This document shows positions 25,843-34,442 of a DNA stretch of 64,000 nt, one piece after another. The DNA lies in assembly GCA_963697765.1 (NCBI GenBank), contig CAVOPC010000003.1:230775-294774 (forward strand), written 5' to 3'. The notes under the pieces are model-generated. The model was not told the DNA's origin, did not search any database, and worked only from the letters and a program-made list of their open reading frames with translations. Source of the stretch: an uncultured Actinomycetota bacterium. GTDB lineage: Bacteria > Actinomycetota > Actinomycetes > Propionibacteriales > Propionibacteriaceae. The position numbers and the translations under genes are program-made. Position 1 is the first letter of the stretch. Every line of letters begins with the position of its first letter.

Positions 25843-26541
25843 ATGTGGGCGGCACTGGGCTGGGGAGCGGTGGCGGCCTCCTCGCTGGTCATCGGGGCGC
25901 TGTTGGGCATGCTTCGCAGGTGGCGCGGCGGGGTGGTCGGCTTCGTGCTGGCCTTCGGCGCGGGGGCGCTGATCAGCAGCGTCGCCTACGAACTGGTCGA
26001 GGACGGCATCCAGACCGGAGGCTTCATTCCGCTCAGTGTCGGATTGGCCCTGGGCGCCGCGGTGTACTACGTCGCCGACCGGGCGCTCGAAAAGCGGAGT
26101 TCGGGCGCGTCCACCGGCCTGCCGCTCGCCCTCGGAGCCCTGTTGGACGGCATTCCCGAACAGCTGGTGCTCGGCCTGGGGCTCGCCGCCGGGGGCGGGG
26201 TCAGCGTTGCGCTGCTCGCCTCGGTGTTCGTCTCCAACCTGCCCGAAGGCCTCGGTTCGGCCGCCGACATGAAAGGTGCCGGACGCTCCCCGCGCTCGAT
26301 CCTCGGTCTCTGGTCAGCCGTCGCCGGCCTCTGCACGCTGGCCACCGTGGCGGGATACGCGTTGGCCGAGGTGCTGCCCGAGGAGGTGTCCACCGGCGTC
26401 AACGGCTTCGCGGCCGGCGCACTGCTGGTGATGCTGACGGACTCGATGATTCCCGAGGCCGAGAGCAAGGCGCCCGGCAAGGCGGGCCTGGCGACCGTGC
26501 TCGGGTTCGCGTGCGCGATGGCGCTTTCGTTGGGCCAGTAG
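25843..26541 (+). CDS. ZIP family metal (zinc) transporter
   Basis: 232 aa, polytopic. GAGALISSVAYELVEDG, LLDGIPEQLVLG and FVSNLPEGLGSA are ZIP-like motifs. Confidence 0.7.
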   Translation: MWAALGWGAVAASSLVIGALLGMLRRWRGGVVGFVLAFGAGALISSVAYELVEDGIQTGGFIPLSVGLALGAAVYYVADRALEKRSSGASTGLPLALGALLDGIPEQLVLGLGLAAGGGVSVALLASVFVSNLPEGLGSAADMKGAGRSPRSILGLWSAVAGLCTLATVAGYALAEVLPEEVSTGVNGFAAGALLVMLTDSMIPEAESKAPGKAGLATVLGFACAMALSLGQ

Positions 26542-26685
26542 CCGCCGCCGTCGCCGGCGTGGGCCCGTCCGCGTCTGGGTCGGCCGGGCGATCGTCGCCA
26601 GTCGTGGCCCGGACGAGCCCACTATCAACGGGGACGCATTGAATCTGCGGCTGGGCGCCGGTGCTACTCGATACAGTGGGCCGCG

Positions 26686-28029
26686 GTGTTCCGGGAAAGT
26701 ATGGGCGGCGAGAGTGAGCCCCCCACAAACCCCGACCGACGAACCTCGAGGATTACCTTGTCGACTGGACCAGCGACCCGATCGCGACTTCACCGCGCCC
26801 GGCGCTGGCTCGCCAAGGAGACCACCGGTGGCATCCTGCTGCTCGTCGCGGCCGCCGCCTCGCTGATCTGGGCCAACTCTCCGTGGCGCGCGTCGTTCAC
26901 CGCCCTCTCGAACACCGTGGTCGGGCCGGCCGCGCTGCACCTCGACCTGTCCCTGGCGCAGTGGGCCTCGGACGGGCTGCTCGCGATCTTCTTCTTCGTG
27001 GTCGGCGTCGAGCTCAAGCACGAGGTGGTGGCCGGCAGCCTGCGGCACCCGAAGGAGGCCGCCGTTCCGGTGGTCGCGGCCGTCGGGGGCATGGTGCTGC
27101 CCGCAGCGATCTATGCGGGCATCGTCACCGTGCTGGGCGATTCGGCAGCCCTTCAGGGCTGGGCGATACCGACCGCCACCGACATCGCCTTCGCGCTGGC
27201 GGTGCTCGCGATCTTCGGACGCGGCCTGCCCAAGGCGCTCAGGATCTTTCTGCTCACTCTCGCCGCCGTCGACGACCTGCTGGCCATCGTGGTGATCGCA
27301 GTCTTCTATACCGACCACGTGAACCCGGTGCCGCTGGTGGTCTCCCTGGCGTCCGTCGCGGTGTTCGGCCTCGTGGTGCGGATGCGTCGTCCGAGCCCCT
27401 GGCTGCTGCTCCCGCTCGCGGCCGCCGCCTGGGGATTCCTGCACGCATCGGGCATTCACGCGACCATCGCCGGGGTGCTGCTCGGGTTCACCATTCCCGC
27501 CATCGCCATGCACGGCGAGTCACAATCCCGCACGCACGTCTTCGATGACGCCATTCGTCCGATCTCCGCCGGTATCGCGCTACCGATCTTCGCGTTCTTC
27601 GCCGCTGGGGTCACCGTCGTGGACGGGGCCGGTCCGGCCGCGCTGGTCACCTCCCCGGTCTTCATCGCCGTCGTGGCGGGCCTGGTGATCGGCAAAGTGC
27701 TGGGCGTCCTCGGCGCGACGACGGTCGTCACCAAGCTCACTCCGCTGCGGTTGCCGAACGCGATCGGCCTGCGGGATCTGCTGCCGATCGGGTTCCTCAC
27801 CGGAATCGGATTCACCGTGTCACTGCTGATCACCGAGTTGTCGTTCGACGAGGGCGATCACCTGGCCGCGGCGAAGCTGGGCATTCTGGTGGCCAGCCTG
27901 CTGGCCGCGGTGCTCGGTGCGGTGCTGCTGCGCTGGGACGCCCACCAGGCGCGGATGGCCGACATGAACCTCGACGGCGTGGCCGACACCGACACGAGCC
28001 CGATCGTCGCGGAGTCCGACGACGACTAG
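26686..28029 (+). CDS. nhaA: Na+/H+ antiporter NhaA
   Basis: AKETTGGILLLVAAAASLIWANSPW, GLLAIFFFVVGVELKHE and WAIPTATDIAFALAVL are NhaA signatures. The exact start is uncertain (26686 or 26701). Confidence 0.88.
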   Translation: MFRESMGGESEPPTNPDRRTSRITLSTGPATRSRLHRARRWLAKETTGGILLLVAAAASLIWANSPWRASFTALSNTVVGPAALHLDLSLAQWASDGLLAIFFFVVGVELKHEVVAGSLRHPKEAAVPVVAAVGGMVLPAAIYAGIVTVLGDSAALQGWAIPTATDIAFALAVLAIFGRGLPKALRIFLLTLAAVDDLLAIVVIAVFYTDHVNPVPLVVSLASVAVFGLVVRMRRPSPWLLLPLAAAAWGFLHASGIHATIAGVLLGFTIPAIAMHGESQSRTHVFDDAIRPISAGIALPIFAFFAAGVTVVDGAGPAALVTSPVFIAVVAGLVIGKVLGVLGATTVVTKLTPLRLPNAIGLRDLLPIGFLTGIGFTVSLLITELSFDEGDHLAAAKLGILVASLLAAVLGAVLLRWDAHQARMADMNLDGVADTDTSPIVAESDDD

Positions 28030-28125
28030 GGCCGGACGGGCCGTCCCTGCCGCGTCGTTGGGAAGGCCGCGTCGTTGCCTGGACCGACAGCGCTCTTCGT
28101 GATCGTGGTCCTGGCTGCGGCGCCC

Positions 28126-28156
28126 TTGACTTCAAGTGCACTCGAAGTTCTACGTT
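28126..28156 (+). promoter_or_regulatory. MerR-type promoter: TTGACT, 19-bp spacer carrying a 20-bp palindrome, then TACGTT
   Basis: The -35 is TTGACT (28126-31). The palindrome ACTTCAAGTGCACTCGAAGT (28129-48) has one mismatched pair. The -10-like TACGTT is at 28151-56. The merR ATG lies 7 nt later, implying a leaderless transcript. Confidence 0.6.
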
Positions 28157-28162
28157 GGGGGC

Positions 28163-28539
28163 ATGAGTACCACCGACGCCGTGTTGTCCATCTCACAGAT
28201 GGCCGCCGAGACCGGTCTCACCACCTCGACGCTGCGTTACTACGAGCAGGAGCGGCTGCTTCTCGAGGCACCCGGACGGGCGCCGTCCAGCCATCGGCGA
28301 TACCCGGCTTCGCAGGTCACCTGGCTCACGTTCATCACCCGGCTGCGCTCCACCGGTATGCCGGTGCGCGACATCCGACGCTATGCGGCGCTGGCGCGCG
28401 AGGGCGAACATACTGCTCCGCAGCGCCTGGAACTGCTCGTCGAACATCGGCGCCGGGTGCTCGACCAACTGGCCGAAGTACAGGCCAGCCTGGCCGCCAT
28501 CGACTACAAGATCGCAAGTTACGAAAGGTTTGAAACCAG

Positions 28540-28543
<4 letters not shown>
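28163..28543 (+). CDS. MerR family transcriptional regulator
   Basis: ATG 28163. The HTH is [26 protein letters not shown], followed by a dimerisation helix. Its stop overlaps the next start (ATGA). Confidence 0.9.
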
Positions 28544-29511
<968 letters not shown>

Positions 29512-29536
29512 CTCCTCCGGACGAGACCCACTCGCC

Positions 29537-29631
29537 GTTCGAACTTGTCAAGACCAATCCGCCGGTCGAGCCTCGCCGGTCGAGCTTGTCGAGACCAGCC
29601 AGCCGTGGCCCGAGGTTTCGACAAGCTCGCC
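29537..29631. repeat. Best-developed copy of the intergenic palindromic repeat family
   Basis: The units are GTTCGAACTTGTCAAGACC (29537-55), a partial GGTCGAGCC (29564-72), a perfect GGTCGAGCTTGTCGAGACC (29578-96) and an inverted GGTTTCGACAAGCTCGCC (29614-31). The 12-bp core CGAGCTTGTCGA can pair with TCGACAAGCTCG. It lies in a convergent gap. Confidence 0.75.
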
Positions 29632-29647
29632 TCACGGACCTCCCCGG

Positions 29648-30256
29648 TTACGCCTCGGGCTCATCCGACAGCGAGGCAAGGATGGCGTCCACGCACTGCT
29701 GGTAGCTCAGTTGGGCGCTGTTGAGGCAGAGGTCGTACTGCCGCAGTTCGCCGAAATGCGTGTTGGTGAAGAACATCTGATATCGACTTCGGGTCTTGTC
29801 CATCGTGGTGATGTACTTCTCCGCGTCCTTGACCGGCACCCCGTCCACCTCGACCGCACGGGCGATCTTGGCCTGACGATCGGTGCTGTAGATGAACACG
29901 CTGCGCAGCGGAAGTGAGGCGTCACGCAGAATGACGTCGGCGCAGCGTCCGACAAACACGCCGGGCTTCTCCCGGGCGGCGTCCTTGATCACGTCGGCGA
30001 TCGCACCGAACATGCGGAACGGCAGAGCGGAGCCCTGGGTGTCCGCGATACCCAACATGGACAGGTTCAGGTACTGGCCGGCGGCCAGCCGTTCGTCGAA
30101 CGCTTCGAACTGGCCGGGGTCCAGCCCGCGGCGTGCGGCGGCGTCCTGCAGCAGCTGGGTGTCATAGAAGTCGAGTTGCGCCCGCTCGGCCAGCATCCGG
30201 GCGACCTCACGCCCGCCACTGCCGAACTCGCGGTTGATCACGACGGACCGCCTCAT
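29648..30256 (-). CDS. Cytidylate kinase-like family protein (AAA/P-loop-like)
   Basis: The start is moved to ATG 30256 (MRRSVVINREFGSGGREVARMLAERAQLDFYD), preceded by GGAGGGAG. The upstream part of the track ORF is shadow. Confidence 0.75.
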   Translation of the reverse strand: MRRSVVINREFGSGGREVARMLAERAQLDFYDTQLLQDAAARRGLDPGQFEAFDERLAAGQYLNLSMLGIADTQGSALPFRMFGAIADVIKDAAREKPGVFVGRCADVILRDASLPLRSVFIYSTDRQAKIARAVEVDGVPVKDAEKYITTMDKTRSRYQMFFTNTHFGELRQYDLCLNSAQLSYQQCVDAILASLSDEPEA

Positions 30257-30467
30257 TGTCGACTCCCTCCAGGTGGCTGATGACCTCACCTGCAGATTAC
30301 GCCCGGCGAGCCTCCGCCGGGGGGCCGCAGACAGGTCGGCGAGGACGAGAGCCCAGCAGGGCACCGCAGTTCGTAAGAAGTGGGTAAGCGGCCCGTTATA
30401 CATTGCCCCGGCCGCGGCACGTTGACTGTTGAGTGCCCCACACACTCCACTGACAGGAGGGCACGAA

Positions 30468-31625
30468 GTGATCCACCCACGTCTCGCCGCGGTGCTGGCA
30501 GCAGCCATCGCCGCCGCGGCCCTGACCACCCAGCCGTTGACCGCGTCCGCCGCGGTGCCGGCCCGTCCGGCTCCGGTCCACGGCACCACGACTGGCGCCG
30601 TGTTCGTGCAGACCGACGATCCACGGCACAACGCCGTGATCGCATTCGATCGCGGCGCGGACGGCCGGCTGACCCGATCGGCCAACTACTCCACCGGCGG
30701 CAAGGGCGCCGCCCTGGACGGTGCCGTCGTCGACCCGCTCGCCTCGCAGGGGTCGCTGACCCTCGACCGAGCACACGACCTGCTCTACGCGGTGAACGGC
30801 GGCAGCGACACCCTGACCGTGTTCGCGGTGCGGGGCAGCCTGTTGCAGCGCCTGCAGGTGCTGCCCACCCACGGCGACGTTCCGGTCTCCGTCAGCGTCT
30901 CAGGCTCCCTGGTGTACGTGCTCAACGCCCGCTCCGGCGGATCCATCAGCGGCTACCGGGTGATCGGCGACCACCTCATTCCGCTCGCCGGGTCCACCCG
31001 GTCGCTGGGCCTGGTGCCGAACGCGAACCCGGAGTTTCTGCAGACCCCGTCCCAGGTCGCGGTGACCCCGGACGGCAGCGCGGTGGTGGTCGCCACCAAG
31101 ACCCACGGCAAGCTGCTGGTGTTCCCGCTGAACGGCGGGCGTCCGTCGACGAGCCCGGTGGTCACCAAGTCGGGAACGGTGCCGTTCGCATTGTCCTTCG
31201 ATCGGGCCGGACGGTTGCTCGTGGTTGATGCGACCGGCTTCGCGACCGCGTACCGGGTGCGGCCCGACGGCGGCGTCCGCGAGGTGTCGTCCATCGGTCC
31301 GACCGGGCAGCAGGCGGCGTGTTGGACGGTGGTCGTTCGCGGCACCCTGTACGCGGCGAACGCCGGATCGAACACGATCAGCTCGTTCGGCATCCGCGGC
31401 GGCACACTCACCATCAAGCAGGCCGTTGCGGCCCACACCGATGGCGGCCCGGTCGATCTGGCCGCGTCGAGGCACGGCCGCTACCTGTATCAACTCAGCG
31501 GCGCCACCGGGGTGATCGACGAGTTCAGAGTGGACCGTGACGGCACCCTGACGTCGATCGGCACCGTCGACACCGGCCTGGGCGCTGCCTCCGGGCATGC
31601 GTTGGAGGGAATCGCCGCCAGCTGA
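30468..31625 (+). CDS. Secreted beta-propeller, lactonase-like family protein
   Basis: The GTG at 30468 follows GGAGGG. A signal peptide (AAVLAAAIAAAALTTQPLTASA) is followed by repeated blade-like segments (LYAVNGGSDTLTVFAV; VYVLNARSGGSISGYRV; LYAANAGSNTISSFGI; LYQLSGATGVIDEFRV). Confidence 0.6.
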   Translation: MIHPRLAAVLAAAIAAAALTTQPLTASAAVPARPAPVHGTTTGAVFVQTDDPRHNAVIAFDRGADGRLTRSANYSTGGKGAALDGAVVDPLASQGSLTLDRAHDLLYAVNGGSDTLTVFAVRGSLLQRLQVLPTHGDVPVSVSVSGSLVYVLNARSGGSISGYRVIGDHLIPLAGSTRSLGLVPNANPEFLQTPSQVAVTPDGSAVVVATKTHGKLLVFPLNGGRPSTSPVVTKSGTVPFALSFDRAGRLLVVDATGFATAYRVRPDGGVREVSSIGPTGQQAACWTVVVRGTLYAANAGSNTISSFGIRGGTLTIKQAVAAHTDGGPVDLAASRHGRYLYQLSGATGVIDEFRVDRDGTLTSIGTVDTGLGAASGHALEGIAAS

Positions 31626-31720
31626 TCCGCGGTAGAAACTGCCGCCGTCCACGACTCCGGGACGGCGGCAGCGCCGCGTTCGAAGCGGGGCCGGCGGTAC
31701 CGCTGGATAGGATTCCCGGC

Positions 31721-32557
31721 ATGCGGCTCGCGGCGATCGGACTCCACCCGGTCAAGAGCACCGCGATCCGGTCTGTCGCCCAGGCCGAGGTGGTCGGGCA
31801 CGGTCTCGTCGGCGACCGGGAATGGATGATCGTCGACCGTGACGGGGAGCTGCTCAGTGCCCGTGAGCTGCATCGAACCTTCACTGTCGTCGGGCGAACC
31901 CGGCAGACCGATCCTGATCTGTTCGGACGTGGCTCGGTCGGCGGGACGGTCCTGATTCTGGACGCGCCGGGCATGGGGAGCCGGGCGGTCCAGCTGAGTG
32001 GAACGACCGACTCCGACGCGGGGACGACGAAGTTCGGCCGTCCGGTCGCGGCCCGCACGGTCGCGCCCGAAGTCGACGCCTGGCTGGCCGAGGCGCTCGG
32101 GGTGCCCGGCGTGAGGCTGGTCTGGTCACCTCCGCGCACCCGTGAGCCCATCGCCTTTCAGGACGGCACACCCCTGACGCTGCTCACCGACGCCTCCCTG
32201 GCCCGACTTGATGAGTGGCTCGCCGAGACCGCCCAGACCCGGCATGAACCGCAGCCCGCTCCCCTGTCGTACCGACGGTTCCGGCCGAACCTCTACATCG
32301 AGGGCGCACCCACGGCCTTCGCGGAGGACGGGTGGTCGCGGGTGCGGATCGGAACCGTGGAGTTGGCCGGGCTGGGACCGGTGTCGCGGTGCGTGATGAC
32401 CACCCTGGACGAGCACACCCTGGCCCGCGGAAAGGAGCCGATCCGCACGCTGGCCCGGCATCGCCGCTGGGACGGGCAGACCTGGATGAGCCTCGGATTG
32501 CGCACCATCACGCCAGGAACCCTGCGGCTGGGCGATCGGGTCGAGGTGCTCGACTGA
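31721..32557 (+). CDS. MOSC domain-containing protein
   Basis: 278 aa. The MOSC N-terminal beta-barrel (LHPVKSTAIRSV...GDREWMIVD) is followed by the MOSC core with RFRPNLYIEG and the conserved Cys in SRCVMTT. Confidence 0.82.
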   Translation: MRLAAIGLHPVKSTAIRSVAQAEVVGHGLVGDREWMIVDRDGELLSARELHRTFTVVGRTRQTDPDLFGRGSVGGTVLILDAPGMGSRAVQLSGTTDSDAGTTKFGRPVAARTVAPEVDAWLAEALGVPGVRLVWSPPRTREPIAFQDGTPLTLLTDASLARLDEWLAETAQTRHEPQPAPLSYRRFRPNLYIEGAPTAFAEDGWSRVRIGTVELAGLGPVSRCVMTTLDEHTLARGKEPIRTLARHRRWDGQTWMSLGLRTITPGTLRLGDRVEVLD

Positions 32558-32658
32558 CTGGTCGATGGCCCTCTAGGCACGTCATCCCCCAGCCGTTCGC
32601 GCCCGCCTAACTACCGAGCGCCCGCCAACCTGGCGCCAGGTTGGCGGGCGCTCGGTAG

Positions 32659-33846
32659 TTAGGCGGGCGTTCCGGGGGTAGGGATGTCGCGCCAGAAGCA
32701 GCGGGCTGTGACGAGACGGGCCGGGTCGTAGTCGTGCCACTTGGACGGGGGAACCTCGTCGCGGCCCACCTCACGGAACCCGTTCCGCACGAAGAACCGG
32801 GCCGCGGTGTCCGAGATGGTGACGGCGAACACCGCCCGCAGGCCACGCTCACCCGCCCGGTGGACGAGCCCGTCGAGCAGCAGCGCGCCCGCGCCGGCGC
32901 CCGAGAAGGCGCTCACGGTGATCAGCCCGGACACCTCACCCACGCCGTCGGCGGTGTAGGCGTCGGTCTCGAGCCCGACGATCCCGGCCAGGTGGCCGGT
33001 GCGCAGCACCCGCGCACCCAAACCGCCGACCGCCATGCGTGCGATGTCGCTGCGGCCCCGCGGCCTGAGCACCCCGTCGGCGACGCCTCTGCTGACCAGC
33101 CCTTCGACGGCGGGAAGGTCGTCAACCCGCAACTCGTCGAGCGTCAGGTAGCCACCCAGGGTGATCAGGGTGCCGGCCCCGTCGAAGGTGAACAGTTCCA
33201 GTTCGAGATCTTCGGCGCGGCAGATGTTGACGCTGTACGCGCCCCCGCGCAACGCCGCTTCCGCAGCGGGCAACAGGTTCCCGAGGCCACGCCGAACCAA
33301 CGCGGCCAGCAGGTCGTCGTGGCACAGTTCCAGTTCGGCGAAGCTCCGCGGCGGATCACCCCAGCCGCCGCCCGGATCGGTGAGAACCACCTTGGTCGCC
33401 CTCACTCCCGCGGCGAGGATCCCGGCGGTCTCGGCGACGTCGCCGGGCTCGGCGACGGCGACCACCAGGGAGTGGTCGGCGACCGCCAGCCAGAGCCGCG
33501 TCAGGCCCTCGTCCGTCCAGGCCGCTGCCGAAGCGGCCGGCTCGGTCAGGTCGGACAGTGCGGTCAGGTCCGGCAGGGTGGCGCGAAGCCGGGAGGCGTC
33601 CACCGGGGAGCCCACGACGAGCACGAACCGGGTGTGACCCTGCGCGAATCCGGTGATCGTGCGTGAAACCGCCGCGATGCCTTCGTCGGTGAGGATCGGC
33701 AGCGCGATCACCATAGTGACGTCGCGGAACTCCTCGACGAAGAACGCGCGTTCGCCCTGCGGAATCGGCTCCGGCTCACCCCGTACAGGCATGGACGCCC
33801 TGCGTCGGCGGGGCCGCGGGCTGGTGCGTACGTCGCCGGCATCCAT
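32659..33846 (-). CDS. GNAT N-acetyltransferase with an N-terminal amino-acid-kinase-like domain (ArgA-like architecture)
   Basis: The C-terminus has GNAT motifs (GAGAGALLLDGLVHRAGERGLRAVFAVT...ARFFVRNGFREV). The N-terminal ~230 aa form a non-GNAT alpha/beta domain. The start is uncertain. Confidence 0.6.
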   Translation of the reverse strand: MDAGDVRTSPRPRRRRASMPVRGEPEPIPQGERAFFVEEFRDVTMVIALPILTDEGIAAVSRTITGFAQGHTRFVLVVGSPVDASRLRATLPDLTALSDLTEPAASAAAWTDEGLTRLWLAVADHSLVVAVAEPGDVAETAGILAAGVRATKVVLTDPGGGWGDPPRSFAELELCHDDLLAALVRRGLGNLLPAAEAALRGGAYSVNICRAEDLELELFTFDGAGTLITLGGYLTLDELRVDDLPAVEGLVSRGVADGVLRPRGRSDIARMAVGGLGARVLRTGHLAGIVGLETDAYTADGVGEVSGLITVSAFSGAGAGALLLDGLVHRAGERGLRAVFAVTISDTAARFFVRNGFREVGRDEVPPSKWHDYDPARLVTARCFWRDIPTPGTPA

Positions 33847-33967
33847 GGGGCAAGTGTGGCGCAGTCAGCGTCCGGGGCCGCAGTGTGGACAGTCCTTGAG
33901 TGCGTGAGTCGACTCGTCCGATTCGCGTCGGCCGCACCACTCGCCCGACCGGACGAACCTGAACCCG

Positions 33968-34342
33968 CTACTTCTTGGACGCCGCCACGACAGCCAGCAG
34001 ACCACCCATCATGCCCACGTTCTTCAGGAACTGGACGGTGTTCGCCTGGCGCTGCTTCGGGTCGGTGTCGTTCCAGAACGAGTGCGCGGCCAGCGTGGTC
34101 GGAATCATCGACGCCACCACGCCCGCGGCGCCGATCTTCGGCAACACGCCGGTGATCACCGACAGGCCTCCAAGCACCATCGCGGCGCCGTTGGCGCGCA
34201 CGGCGAGATCGCCGAACTCCTCAGGAATCCCGAAATCGACCGCCGTCTTGACCCGCATGCCGGGATCTTCCACGGCCTTGTAGCCGAGCCAGACGAACGG
34301 CGCGCCGATGGCGACACGGCTCAGCAGCGACACGAGCTTCAT
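33968..34342 (-). CDS. DoxX family membrane protein
   Basis: 124 aa with four hydrophobic helices. The motif AAHSFW...QFLKNVGMMGGLL is typical of DoxX. Confidence 0.8.
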   Translation of the reverse strand: MKLVSLLSRVAIGAPFVWLGYKAVEDPGMRVKTAVDFGIPEEFGDLAVRANGAAMVLGGLSVITGVLPKIGAAGVVASMIPTTLAAHSFWNDTDPKQRQANTVQFLKNVGMMGGLLAVVAASKK

Positions 34343-34442
34343 GGTTTCTGGATCCTCTCGGACGGGTGGAGGCCGCCACCTGGCGGAACGCCGCGAGCCT
34401 ACCCCGTCCGAACGGCAGCCTCAGCAATGACCGGCTCGACGC

